From contig JAAILG010001725.1 in assembly GCA_012026655.1 (NCBI GenBank), forward strand, positions 1-62,585: DNA of 62,585 nucleotides, in the 5' to 3' direction. The notes beneath the pieces were generated by a model. The model did not search any database and was not told where the DNA came from. It saw only the letters and a program-made list of their open reading frames with translations. The stretch comes from Hydrolagus affinis (taxonomy: Eukaryota). Below are positions 46,560 to 59,465 of the stretch, in pieces. Position numbers and translations under genes: made by a program. Every line of letters starts with the position of its first letter. Position 1 is the stretch's first letter.

Positions 46560-47540
46560 GTACAGGCGTCTGGTTCGACCCCCCAGCTGCTGTTGTGCCC
46601 CCACATCCAGTCGCTGACCAGGACCGCCTTCTTCCATCCCACATTGCCTGCCTCCGACTATACCGTACCTCAAATACAGCCCAAACCCTTATGCATGTGG
46701 ACACCTGTAGCTCAGTGGTTAGAGCACTTGCCTTACAAGCGTGAGACCTGTGGTTCAAATCCAGGCAGGTCAGGGCAAAACCTTGGGGAAGTTTCCTTAC
46801 TCCACACGCTTAATAATAATCCAACCAAAAATAAATACTCTATAATAAATTGGGACACCCCTGTGCGCAATTGGCTGCCGCATTTCACACACAAATATAC
46901 AGTAAATTCACTTTACAGTGTATTCTGTGAAACGCTTTGAGATGTTTAGAAGACGTGAAAAGTGCTATATCAAATACAAATATTATTATTATTATTATGC
47001 ATGTGTTTTTCATCACCCTCCTGGATTATTCAAGAACATATCTCGCTGGTCTCCTCAGTTCCACTATTCAAAAAATCCAGCACATTCAAAACACTGCAGC
47101 CCACATACTTACCCAGACCAAACTCCAAGCCCATATCACACTAGATTTGGCCAGGTTCCACTAGATGCCCATCACTAATGGATCGACTTCAAGATCCTCA
47201 CACTTATGTTCAAATCCCTTCACTCCGGTACCTTCCTACCTCTCCGACCTCCTCACTCCCCAATCTACAACCGGCGCCTCTGCTCGACTGGCACCAGCCT
47301 CCTGCTCGTACCTCACACCCTCCACCCCACAGTAGGGGGTCGCGCTTTCAGCCACTACGCCCCGAAACTCTGGAACACTGTCTCAATCTCTCTGCTTTGC
47401 CCCCTTTCGGCCCTTTTCAAGTAGCACCTGAAAACCTTCCTCTTAGACCTTGCTTATGGCCACCTCTGGCACGGAGTCAGGACCTACCACTGTTAAGCAC
47501 TCTGAGACGCTACCCAGCTTGGCGGGCACTAGTGCAAGTT
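46560..47540 (+). mobile_element. L2 LINE 3' region interrupted by a SINE
   Basis: FFITLLDYSRTYLAGL, IQKIQHIQNTAAHILT, GGRAFSHYAPKLWN and LKTFL motifs. Confidence 0.85.
46700..46994 (+). mobile_element. Full-length Deu-type SINE with an 11-bp TSD
   Basis: Head ctgtagctcagtggttagagc...ggttcaaatcc and an (att)n tail, flanked by ttatgcatgtg at 46689-46699 and 46995-47005. Confidence 0.9.
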
Positions 47541-48860
47541 ATACTACATTTTATTCCTCAACCTCACTTAAACTTTTAACTTTGATGTTACTTGGAGGCT
47601 TATTGATCTCGGGTGGCATTCCATGTATTCATTATTTGGGGGTTAAAATAAGATTTGAAGCAAAGTACTTCCAGTTTGAGTTGTGCTGATGCATATTTCC
47701 AGATTTTCAATGTAATATTTGATTAGTTAGTGATTAGTTTTATTAGGCTACAGGTTCATTGGTATTTAGGATAGAATTTAAGAAACTTGAATGAGAATGG
47801 AGTAGGTTGTGTATGTGTGGAAAGTTGGTTTGAACATGTATGAGATGTGGAGGGAACAGGATGCTAACTTGAAAGGTTAAATGACATTATTAACTCGAAA
47901 GAAAGAACTTGCATTGGTGTCAAGTGCAGTGACAATTTATAGGCAAACACTAGGTAAGGTGCTATATCAAATGCCTGGATTCATTGTTAGTGTCTTGAGC
48001 TATTAGTGTCTTGAGCTAGTATATGCTGGAAAACAGGAAGGTCAGATGAGTTAGGTTACACGTTTTAGTGCTCAGTGTTTTAGCATTTTGTTGTTCTTTG
48101 AATTGTAAAATGAAAAATTGTTTTAAAACTGGCAAGGACTATAAAATGTCAACTATGTTTGGAGTACGTGCCCCAGAAATTAGGTGGTGTTCCTTTGTAC
48201 CTTTGGGTGTACTTATTTCAACATAAACTAAATGAGTCAGTGATGCTTTGAAATTGCAGTGTATTCAGAAAGGTAGGTCATGTGGTATTACAGTACCATG
48301 GTTTTGGAGATAGTAAAGAGGTACTTCAGCCAAGCAATTTGACTAAAAAGCCAGTTGTGCAGGAGTCTGCTGGTTAATGAAATGTAATTGTGCTTTATAC
48401 TATAGGGCTTTAAATTAACACTATTAAATGCCTAGGCTGCAAAAGTGTAATTGAAATGATTATCTGCTGTTTCTGACATTTAGCCCCTTTGGACGTTCTC
48501 TTGACAATGAGAGAGGGCATTCCATAAATGCAATTTTGTTATTGTTGATTTATTTGCTCTCTGGAGCCCTGATATGCTCTGTGAAGGGAATTATAAAAAT
48601 GCAAGTTGATGTTGAGAAGCGATGAGCTGTGTTAATATTTTAGTTTATGGAAGGCCTGTTGGTACTGATGCCATTTTAATTTTTAGTAAGAGCGGAATGC
48701 AGTCCTGTTGGTAGACTTAGAGAAAAAAAACCTGTCTGATTCTAAAATTAGATGAAAAACTGTTCTTTCTATTCTCCAAAACTATTTCTTCATTTCTAAG
48801 TACAAGGTGACCCTGCTCTTTTGAAGCCATGACAGAATCCTAGTTTTGCTTGAGAATGTT

Positions 48861-48960
48861 NNNNNNNNNNNNNNNNNNNNNNNNNNNNNNNNNNNNNNNN
48901 NNNNNNNNNNNNNNNNNNNNNNNNNNNNNNNNNNNNNNNNNNNNNNNNNNNNNNNNNNNN
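48861..48960. other. Assembly gap (100 N) in SLC39A9 intron 1
   Basis: Run of exactly 100 n, a placeholder of unknown true size. Confidence 0.99.
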
Positions 48961-49132
48961 AAATTACCGTAAACACAGTTGACATATTAGGGCTGTGATG
49001 AGACCTCAGACTCTAGTTGCGTTATATATCTGGCTACATATCTGCTGCGATCTGGAGCTAAATGTTGTACAGTATCGGTATCGTTTTCTGATTTAATAGA
49101 ATGTGCTGAAGATCCTTTTTATTTTTCTCCAG

Positions 49133-49241
49133 GAAAAGTTGAAGTTGGTGACTGTTCTTGGTGCTGGGCTGCTGTGTGGAACTGCTCTAGCTGTTATTGT
49201 TCCCGAAGGAGTGCACGCACTTTATGAGGAAGCTCTGCATG
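49133..49241 (+). CDS. SLC39A9: SLC39A9 exon 2 (109 nt)
   Basis: ccag|GAA AAG...CAT G|gtgagg encodes [36 protein letters not shown]. Confidence 0.96.
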
Positions 49242-49514
49242 GTGAGGTTTACACCCATGACCCAGTGGAACTGAATTTCACTGTGTAGTTAGTGGTACCT
49301 TAAATTATTCTGCCAGTGCAATGCTTCTTGACTTATCAGTTCGTATGACATGGTAGGTAAGTTTTCCACATGCTGTTCAAAGTCAGACATTGGTGGTTGT
49401 CTTTAAATTGGGAAAAATCCCATTAAACTCGCAGTGTCAATGTTACAACATTTAGTGTCCAATGAAGGTTTGCACTAATATCACAAGATAATAAAGCAAG
49501 TTTACAGGTGGTTT

Positions 49515-49705
49515 ATTACTCCACACGTCTAATAATAATCCCACAAAAAAGCAATAACAAATTGGTGATTTCAATCCACGACTGTTTATGGGACAATGCT
49601 GTGTGCAATTGGCTGCCGGGTTTCACCTACAAATTTACAGTGTATTCTTTGAGACATCTAGAAGATGAGAAAAGCACTATATCAAATGCAAGGATTATTA
49701 TTATT
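49515..49705 (+). mobile_element. Deu-type SINE fragment
   Basis: ttactccacacgtctaataataatccc through the caaatgcaaggattattatt tail. Confidence 0.8.
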
Positions 49706-51289
49706 TTGGATGAAGGTGACCCTTCCAACTCATTTGATCTCATCCACCCAGAATAACGAATTCCCATTCACAACATCACAGTTTCTTAAATGATTCTAGT
49801 GTACTGCCTTTAGTACTGTTCCTGGCCATCTGTCCAGTTATTCAGTAATATCTGAGTAAAGAAAGGCTTTGATATTAATTTATTAACCTGACATAAAGTT
49901 GCCGTTTGCAACTCTTAACAAATGTCCTCTTGTACTACTGGTCTTGGTGAATCCAAGATATTGTTCTGGGTTTACTTTTTCAATCTCATTTAAAATGTGA
50001 TATACAATACAAATTTACATTTAAATAATACTTTTCCATCGTGTTGTGACTGGGATAGTTTTGTGTAATCGAGTTCTGTTTCCTGTGTTTCCTTCTGTTT
50101 TAGAATTACATTCAGAAAGCTGTTGCAAGTATTTTTAATGTGGTTTTCAGATGGCAGTTATAAACCACCAAATTTTATTGCACAATTTTCTGAACCCCGC
50201 TATCAGTTTACAGTCTTGCAATCATGTCCAATGGTTCCTCATAGAAATCATAGAATCTTACTCCATTCAGCCCAACTTGCAGGTGCTGGTACTTTGAAAG
50301 AGGTACTCGCTTACTCTTACCCATTGGCTTGGAATTTTTTTTCCCTTTTCTGATGCGTATTCAATTGTTGGGGGGATATTGTTGCAATGTTAATAATTTC
50401 ACTGCTAACCATGCCAGACCCTGCATATAACTTCTTTGAGTGAATAAAGAATCTCAATGAGGGCCAAGGGTCAAGGCTGTACAAGCTATCTTGTTATCTT
50501 GTTATCTCTGAAAAGTCTTACCATTTGGTTTAATAGAGTAATATGTAATATGAGATTTCATTAAAACCCTTGCTGTGCACAATTGACTGCCACATTTCGC
50601 CTACAAATATACACTGTACTGTTTATTTTGTGAAGCACTTTGAGACATTTAGGAGAAGTGAAAAGCACTATCAAAATGCAAGGATTATTATTAAAAAATT
50701 TGAGGCATGTACAGAGGTTTAGGAAAGAGCAATATTTGCATCAGTCTTATTTTCTATATTATTTGAGTGTCTGGTGATTTATAATACAGTAGTCCAATAA
50801 TAATGGAGGACCTAGCGGTTCAGTGTCAGTAACTGCTGCCAAAAGTTGCAGCAACATCTTGACTTGCTATAGGTAGTTTTATAACATGGTGAGAATTGGG
50901 AGGAGACCTTGTATTGATTCAGCTTAATTGATGTTGGATCAAAGAAGCTTGAGGGGACGAGAGGATGTGAATTTAAGAGGAATAATTAATAACTAGGTGC
51001 GTGGAAGAGGACATTAGGAAGAAAATTTTCTCTCCGAGAGTTATATCAAGCCTGGAATTAATTGCCTCTTATTTGACGAAGAATGGTTTGGGGCAGATCA
51101 AGCTTAATAGGTCATCCCTTGTTTCTAACTCCCTATGTAGGTTGTTTTAAGCAGAGTTGACGTAACATTTAAAGGGAATTTCAGGAGCAGAATCAACAAT
51201 TTGAACTTACTTGCGTTGATCACAAGGAAATATAGGACACAAGAAGATTAATTCAAAAGTATTCACACAGAAATGAATGGGACTGAATA

Positions 51290-51995
51290 TTTTAAGATAG
51301 ATTTTGAAAAGCGAGACTGACTGAGGGATTTTAAAGGGACCTCCAGGCGGCGGGGGCAAATTACTTAAAAACTTGGCCACCAGTGGTGAGGAAGATTGGG
51401 CAGAGACATGAAACCGACCAGGTGGGTGATGGCTGTTGAGCTGCAGGAGATTGCAAGTTAGAGTGGAGCCAAAGAATGCAAAGTTAAGCGTTTGGAACTG
51501 GACAGGTTTAGGAGGGGTAGTGACATTGTGAAACCTAGTACAGGAGATGATGCGGACTGTGGAGTTCTGTATGGTCTGTAGCTGAGGAGGCTGGCAAACA
51601 TGGTTACTTGGAAAAGTCAAAACTGTTGGTGACAAAAGCATGGATGAGGATCTCAGCTTGTTTGGGTGGTGAAGTGGGAGTCATAGTAATAGTGGTGGGT
51701 GATTTTGTGGAAATGTAAGATAGCAGACTTGGTTAGAGCCTAGAGCAAAGGAGATTTAAATCAGGTTGTGCACAGGCTTTGTGTGTTGGTGTAAGCGATG
51801 AGGGAGATTAATGTAGTCAGTGTGCCAAGTGAACAGGAACTGAGTAGCCGAGCAGAGCATTTTTGTGGACATCGAGTTAGAGAAAATTGAAACTCTTCCA
51901 CGACTTGGTGGCTGATGGGCACAACTGCATTAGTCTTATAGTCGAGGGTGGAAGCAGAAAAGCATGGAGTTGGGTGTCATTGGCGTACATGTGGG
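51290..51995 (-). mobile_element. Old degenerate L2 LINE fragment
   Basis: Minus strand reads HMYANDTQLH-like (YADD region, about 51965-51992), LQTIQNSTVRII and SLFKIYLK. Confidence 0.6.
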
Positions 51996-52293
51996 TTCAA
52001 GGAAATAGCAGGGAATTTGTAAAAATGGCTTAATTGGATGAACAATCAATAACATGAGTACAATGGGTTCAAATGGCCTTCTACTTTATTTCTCTGGTTC
52101 CACATTATTGAAGTCTGCATGGTTCTATGGTTCTACATTATTGAAGTAGATTTAGCATTGGAACTTTTATTTGAAAGGTAGCATACGCCTTGAGAGCCTA
52201 TGCTAAATTTACCTGATGAATATCCAGCATTAAAGTCGTTTGGAAAGGCTTTTCAAGAGAGTTGAATTGAATTTGCCTCTATTTTTTCTTCAG

Positions 52294-52482
52294 GTAAGCA
52301 TCACCACACAGGAGAAGCAGAAAAAGTGGAAGAGTCGTTGAAGGCTGGAGAGTCAGTGGAGACTGAACATGTTCACGAGCACTCAATGCTACATGCGTAC
52401 ATCGGCGTTTCCCTGGTGCTTGGGTTTGTTTTTATGCTCTTGGTTGACCAGATTGGCAGTTCCCACATGCATTCTGCCGATG
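52294..52482 (+). CDS. SLC39A9: SLC39A9 exon 3 (189 nt, His-rich loop and TM3)
   Basis: ttcag|GT AAG CAT...GAT G|gtaaga encodes [62 protein letters not shown]. Confidence 0.94.
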
Positions 52483-53308
52483 GTAAGATGTACTTTAAAT
52501 CTGATGGTGTCCAGTCACGTACCTGTTCTCAGAGGAAGCAAAGTCTATTGTGATTTGACTCCTTTATACAGCGGAAAGTGAATATATGGAGCAGACTTCC
52601 AAAAGGACAATGGAGATGAGGAATCTGTGATGGCTATTCAGAAAGAAAAAACATAATGATTTGGTCACTCAATCCACAACTGTTTGTGGAAGACTGCTGT
52701 GTGCAGTTAGCTGCAATTCCCTTCACAGTATATTTTGTGAAGTTATTTTGAGATGTCTCAAAGACGTGATGAGGCACTACATGAAATACAATGATTAGGC
52801 CTCTGAGATGCAATAATGCTAACATGAATGCCACCACTTCCCTAACTGGACGAAGTATCCGATCAATTTTACATAAAAGTTTGTACTTATAAAAATTTGT
52901 ACAAATGGGATGAGCTACATGTTCAGTGGAGTAATGAGTTAAGCTATGTCCCTGATTAATTATTTTATATGGAAAGCTGGTATATTGAAGTTGTGATGAC
53001 CTAAGCCATAGTAATAAGTTAAGCCAGTGACAAGTTATCCTGAGTTTAGTGTGTGTGTATATATATTTACACTGTATGTACTTTGAGACAGTGATAGAAG
53101 AGATTATCTGGAATTAAGCTCAGCTATTATTTCAGTTTTAATCCAGTTTGAGCCACCAAGGCTTTCAGTAGCTTAATATGGCCTAATTGCTCAAACTCTA
53201 ACTGCCAAATTGTTAGGAAGGGAGAGAATCCTTTAAATCGCTGTCTAATGTATTATTCCCATGTCTTTGTCTTTTAAGTTCTCCGAGACACAACACTGCT
53301 ATATTTAT

Positions 53309-53493
53309 AAAACACCAAATACTACAGATGCTGGGAATCTGAAACAAAAACAAAAGTTGCTGGGGAAACTCAGCAGGTCAAACAGCATCCATGGAGAAAG
53401 GAAAAAGAGTCAACGTTTGGGGTCTACAACCCTTCGTCAGGACCTGATGAAGGGTTGTAGACCTGAAACGTTGACTCGTTCCTTTCTCCATGG
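53309..53493. mobile_element. Penelope-like element remnant: inverted terminal pair with hammerhead-like cores and a 16-bp TSD
   Basis: TSD acactgctatatttat at 53293-53308 and 53494-53509. The body tacagatgctgggaatctgaaac...aactcagcaggtcaaacagcatc is typical of shark Penelope-derived repeats. Palindrome at 53388-53494. Confidence 0.78.
53441..53477 (+). ncRNA. Putative minimal type I hammerhead ribozyme motif, possibly inactive
   Basis: CTGATGA (53444-50), stem II AGG...CCT, GAAAC (53465-69) and a GTT triplet. The mirror copy on minus has CTGACGA but cAAAC. Confidence 0.5.
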
Positions 53494-54589
53494 ACACTGC
53501 TATATTTATTATATTTTCAATGTTATTGTTGAGGGGGTCAGGTGGGGAGACTATATAACGCAAGTTTCTGCTGTTATGTTTCATACAATACCTTAATAAG
53601 TTGGGTCTCAAATTCAATGTCTCCTTGTCGCAACATTCAGAATGGTTAAGAGAATTTATTAAGAACCATTTGTGAATTTCTCCTACCCTGAACAATGGCA
53701 CTTTTAATTTCAGCTATTTCAAACCCACATTTTTATTGCAGTCTTGGCAAGTTAGTCTGTTAAATATAATGAGCCTATCATTCACATAACTCCTTGTCAT
53801 ATTGTCTGTTTGGCCCATATACTAAGTGCGGAATTGAGAATGATCAATTTTTATGTTGTGTTCAGAACTCTGTTGTGTCCCACGAGGTTTCGTTCAAGTG
53901 TTTGTTTACTGTAAAAGTGCTGAGAAATCCCAGTTCTTTGTCGTGACTCATGAATTCCTTTTTTAAAAATACGCAATACAAGCCATATTTGAATGTTGGT
54001 TTCTCTTCTGCAGAGTTAAAATATTATGGTTGGATATGGATTCTAACTATCTTTGAAGACCGAAGATAGTTAACTTGATCTATTGCGCAGTCAAGTGGGA
54101 ATCTATCAAGGCATTTTATGAAGTTTGTTACAGAAGTTATTACTCTACTCTTTAAGTTTTTTTAGTCACATGTTCTAAGTTCCCTTTGCATTGTTTCACC
54201 ACATTTATAAGATCTGTACAATGTAAATGAAGTTGCAGCTCGTCTTTGCCCAGCTCAGGTTCATACTCAGATTTTTTAAAAGTACTTTGAAATTTTCTAA
54301 ATTGTTATCATAATGCTGACTGAAAGATGGGCTGCTGTTGGGATAGCCATCTGGTGTGGTTGGAGATGTAGGCTAATGTGTCAACCAATTCCGCCCACAG
54401 CAATGTCCCACAAAGAGCCTTGGAGTGAATGCCCAATTTTATCTGGGGGCTTATTGGCTTGTCACAAGATCATTATCTCTGCAGAGAATTATACGCTCCT
54501 TCCAGGTGCACTCTGAAAGGAATGATCCTTGCCATCTTTTTTACTGTTTTTACTTTTACTGGGGTTCGTTACCAGTCAGAGCGGTCTGA

Positions 54590-54763
54590 CAATAATAATC
54601 CCTCAAAAAAATAATAAATTGATCGTTTCAGACTGTTTGTGAGACACGGCTATGGGCAATTAGTTGCAGCGTTTCATCCACAAATATACATATTTTACAG
54701 TATATTCTGTGAAGCGCTTTGGGACATCTAGAAGACGTGAAAAGCGTTACATCAAATGCAAGG
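54590..54763 (+). mobile_element. Deu-type SINE 3' half
   Basis: gactgtttgtgagacac...aaaagcgttacatcaaatgcaagg. Confidence 0.8.
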
Positions 54764-55278
54764 AGACTCCAACAGAAATGTAAAACCCGTTACTCCGAGA
54801 ATTTAACATAAAAACCATAAACAAAAACACTTGACTCATATTTTACCCTTTAAGAAAGATAAACAGATTGATATCTCAATCTTAAATGTTACAGACCACC
54901 TATCTCTGAACACTTGTAACCCTCTCTCTGAACACCAAACTCACCACATTAACCCCTTAAACCTCACAGGTTAGAACACCAGGTGAACCGACTTGAAAAA
55001 CCTTTTCGAACAATGCCAAGGGATCTTTAATGTCAACCCAGTCAGGCAGACGGGACCTCTGACAAAGCAGCGCACCCCCAGCACTATATTTGAGTCTTAG
55101 TAAAGACTATATGAGTTCTAAGTCCAGACATGGGGTTGAACAACAACAAACTTATAATTGTATAGAACCTTTCACGTCGGGAGGACGTCCCAAGGCACTG
55201 GACAGTCAGTGTTTCTGAGGCGAGAGTGGAACCAACTGATACTAATTGTTTAATTTGCTGTATTTATTGTATTTTTAG

Positions 55279-55344
55279 ACCCTGAAGCTGTGAGAGCAAA
55301 TACCAAGATCACCACCACACTTGGATTGGTGGTTCATGCAGCAG
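55279..55344 (+). CDS. SLC39A9: SLC39A9 exon 4 (66 nt)
   Basis: tttag|AC CCT...GCA G|gtaagc encodes PEAVRANTKITTTLGLVVHAA. Confidence 0.95.
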
Positions 55345-56149
55345 GTAAGCGCTGTGCCCTGTTTGGCCATAGCTTGACAGCGATGCTGCCCCACGGGTCA
55401 ATGGAGAGGCTGGGATTCAAAGACCTTGGGCTGACATGTGATCCAGTAGAATTCAGCATTGATTATGATATCCTGAACTATACGGAGGAAACTATACGCT
55501 GGAGCAAACCCATTGCCCCGCCTACCCTTGAATTTGAATGGACAAAACAATTTCCAGTTCACTGCCACTGTATAGCTCTCCTGATCCGAGAAAAAAATTG
55601 TTCGCCCAACTGCACAAAGGCATTTGTGTCAGTTCCCTGTACCGCCACCACCATTACACTTGTTGTGGATGAATCATATGCCATGTTTCAGAAGTGGAGA
55701 TAGAATGGTTTATTTTATTTTACTACCTTTCCTGCAGAATTTTTTCATCTGCGTCAGGACTGAGCAGAACGATGAAATGATGTCATAACCCAGCTGAGAA
55801 AATGGTTCATCTAAACACATACCCAATGGTTTATTGCTCTTGAGCTTCCACTGGACTCCTAACATTTACACACTAATCCCAGGTCTTGGTGCTAACCGTG
55901 TAAAATGTACCACTTGACCTCATCCTTTCTCTTCTATTACATTGTTACATGGAAGAAATAATGTTTAGATTCATCCTTTTATAGTTGTAAAAAAAAATTG
56001 TTGCATTTATGATAAAAAATTTCATTCCGTTTGTGATTTGTGCAGAGGTTACTGTGTCTAAAAGCAGCAAATATTTTCTCTTTATATTCCTGTGTTTTCC
56101 TCCATTAATGTACTGAAACGAGGTTTATTTTGGTCATTCTCTCTTCTAG

Positions 56150-56235
56150 CGGATGGCATTGCATTGGGTGCAGCAGCTTCTACATCCCAGACAAGTGTAC
56201 AGTTGATTGTATTTGTAGCTATTATGTTGCACAAA
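56150..56235 (+). CDS. SLC39A9: SLC39A9 exon 5 (86 nt)
   Basis: ctag|CG GAT GGC...CAC AAA|gtaagt encodes [28 protein letters not shown]. Confidence 0.96.
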
Positions 56236-57362
56236 GTAAGTATCGAAAGTACTGATTGATCCAATTGTTGGGCTGACTGCGTCATTTTTGCTGTTTTCCA
56301 GCAATATCAGCAATATTGACTCCCAAGTCTATTTCAATAACAGCAGCTAAAGCATAGAAAGTGAGAGGGGGTGGGGGAGGCTAAAAGCACTTAATCTTTC
56401 TCAGCAGCACAATTCTCCCCTGTGCTGCCTCCACAGGCAAGTTAATATTCTTGGTTTTCATCAGAGTACTGGGCGACAATTCCTTTCAGGGATTTGTGCT
56501 ATGCAGAGTCTTCTTCCTAACACTACTGCTCACCATCACCTTTGTGTCAAAGACAGTTTCAGTGGGGTCACACTTCAATTAATTAACCTCCTGTTGTCAT
56601 GCTCAGCGCTCTGAGAGGCCGCCCACCATGAAGGGAGCTATATAAATGCAAGATGTTGTTCAATAGAAAAATCTGTTTATGCAAATGGTGCATATCTGCA
56701 GATTCCTCTCTAGCTTTGCCCTTCTGCAAGATTTGAGTCCAGTGATTGCCTAGGTTACACACACCTTTGTAGTTTTGATCGGTTGAGACCCACGACTTTG
56801 GGGACCTCCTATCGGATCAGCCCTTTGAGTATTGCTTTTTATTTCCCTTTTTCATATCCCGTTTGACCCTATGTGGGATTTGGGGCTGAGCGAAGCTCGG
56901 AAGTGGAGACCCAGGCAGGGGACTTCCTCGTACTGATGGCAAATCTTAAGAATTTGGCAACTAGAAGAAGCTGTTAAACATTGCTGAAGTGTGACACCTT
57001 TTGAATAATATTAACCAGTGATTTTCAGCACCTTTCTCATGAGTGGTAGGAAAATGAACAGAATTCCTGCTCAATGGCCATTTTGCAGGACAGTGAAATA
57101 AAATCCAATTCTTTGTTGTATTGTGTGCTTAATGTTGCTACATAGTTACCTAGAACAAAGTTAATAGAATCAATCTAATTTTATCTCATTTTAAAATTGT
57201 TTTAAAATACAAAATACGCACACTTTAAAGCTTGTTTTATGAATTCAATCATTCTCGGCTCTTCAAAAGGAACCTTCATTATGGGGGAGCTGTTTGTGAT
57301 TAGGGTATATGAAGGCTGTGTGTGGAATTGTTTAACAGCACTGCCCCCCCCTTCTTCTCTAG

Positions 57363-57497
57363 GCTCCAGCTGCATTCGGTCTAGTTTCATTCCTTATGCA
57401 CGCAGGACTTGAAAGGAATCGAATCAGGAAACATCTCCTGGTGTTTGCATTGGCAGCTCCGCTCCTGTCTATGATCACTTACCTAGGCCTGAGTCAG
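57363..57497 (+). CDS. SLC39A9: SLC39A9 exon 6 (135 nt)
   Basis: ctag|GCT CCA...AGT CAG|gtatgt encodes [45 protein letters not shown]. Confidence 0.96.
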
Positions 57498-58839
57498 GTA
57501 TGTACATGTGATATTATACTATAATTTGGATCAGTTTTCAGGACCAATATCACCTAGTCGCAATAGGGCCTGACCTGGACAGGAATCGTTAGAGAGAGGC
57601 TCTCCATCACTGCAATGTTTCACATCCTTTTGTGCTAATCTGAGGGTGTGAGGTTGGTTGTGGCTGCTACAACTGAGATCAGTGAACTTTGCACATATTG
57701 AATTTGCCAACCTCCCATTTGTAGTAGCCAAGTGCTATGTTGCCTAGGGCAAAGCTTTTATCCATTTTGACCGTTAAGGCAGTTGAGTTAGTAAAAACGT
57801 CAAGTTTACTATAAAAGCTGTTGTCCATTGCAATCTGATTGACTGTCATCATAAAATATTGATATGAATTTATCAGAAATCGACTTGAGACTTTGCTTGG
57901 AGACTCCTTCCACTCACAGAGCACTGCTGTTAATTGCGGTCGAGTGATCCTTTATCTTTATCTAATCTTCCTGTCAAGTTGATCAAAGAATGGCGCTGAT
58001 GCTGTCAGTATGGCTGGCCTGGCATGCTGTGCTGGATGGAAAGGGAATGCATTAATAAAAGCTGGCTGGGGCGTAGGTTGAAATGGAGGAAACGTAATCC
58101 TAGGTTTAATGCATTAAAGCGATAACTTGTTCAGGGGAGCATAACTTGGTTAAAAATGAGTTTGCAGGTGCAGAAAACAGCTCTCGTCTATAGTGAGGAG
58201 TTGGGAATAAAAAAATCACGGACGTTGTACGAGTGCGATCTAATTTGATGTACTGTGTTCATTTTTGAGCACCCAACCTTATCGGATTTTGAATATTTCC
58301 ATTGACAATTCATCAAATTAATACCTACGGTGAAAGGGTTTAGCTGATCGTGAGTAGGTGGGTAAATTAGTTATAAACATTTCAAGCAATTGAAGCATTT
58401 GGAAGTAATGAGGGGAATTGCTGTGCTATATTGGTGGGGTGAATCTTCACTCCCAAAACAAGTGATATCTTGAAATTGGAATTTAACACATTAGGACTGA
58501 CACTGGAAATTCTTCCTCATACAAAGGGTTGTGAGAATGTGGAATTCACAGCAAAAAGGCTGTAGATGCCGATCAATTGAGGGACAGATTTAAGTGGTGT
58601 TGAGCAGAGAGGGTGGAATTTTAAAAATTATCATAATCTAATAAAATATCAGATGCATAATGAGCCCAATGGCCAAATAAAAATGGTTTGAGCTAATGCA
58701 ATAACAGTGATAGGCAAACATAGCGTGAGGGATAACTGTCCTGTTTCCTATGGATTGTTGACACTTTTCCTGGATTGCTGCACTTTTTAAAATTTCCCCA
58801 GACTTTCTGGTGACTTGTATTTGCATTTCTATTTGCTTC

Positions 58840-59175
58840 CACTTGCTCCCCAGCGGATCAAACTCAAGATTTCACTGGCTTCCTCCCATGTCTCCTTCCC
58901 TACCCAGTCCAGCATTAGTGAGCAAGCTTCTGCCCTGATCTCTGGAACTCCATTCCACAGATTCACTGCTTCGCCTCCTCCCTCTCCTTTTAAAAATGTC
59001 TCAAGAGGTTTGTTTTCAACCTCTCTTTTGGTCAGTTTTATCCCCACCCACCCCATCCCTGCTTCTCCGCCAGCTTCCCCAGCCCCCTGCTTGAGCTGCC
59101 AGTCTATTCGGTAAAGTGCTTTGAGATGTCATCCCAACATGAGAGGCACTGTAAATGTAAAAAAAAATATTGTTG
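58840..59175 (+). mobile_element. Degenerate L2 3' fragment
   Basis: ctctggaactccattcc and the tail gtaaagtgctttgagatgtc...gaggcactgtaaatgtaa. Confidence 0.6.
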
Positions 59176-59237
59176 CATTGTTTTTGGATCTTCCAAAGTT
59201 GAATCATTGAGTACTGAGTCCTTTTCTTTCCTTACAG

Positions 59238-59465
59238 AGCAGTAAAGAAGCACTTTCAGAGGTGAACGCTACAGGGGTTGCCATGTTGTTCTCAGCTGGG
59301 ACGTTCCTGTACGTGGCTACCGTGCATGTGTTGCCAGAGGTGGGAGGCGCTGGCCACAGTCACAAACCAGATTCTGGTGGAAAGGGATTAAATCGACTTG
59401 AGGTTTGCACTCTCGTCCTGGGCTGCTTGATTCCGTTGGTCCTCTCGCTCAGCCACCAGCATTAA
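59238..59465 (+). CDS. SLC39A9: SLC39A9 exon 7 (228 nt including TAA)
   Basis: acag|AGC AGT AAA... encodes [35 protein letters not shown]...SLSHQH*. Total CDS 909 nt = 302 aa plus stop. Confidence 0.96.
   Translation, partial: SSKEALSEVNATGVAMLFSAGTFLYVATVHVLPEVGGAGHSHKPDSGGKGLNRLEVCTLVLGCLIPLVLSLSHQH

Noticed and set aside
46700-46775. tRNA-Ala-like sequences
   Set aside because: They are SINE heads continuing directly into SINE bodies, with no proper acceptor stem or terminator, so they are not tRNA genes.
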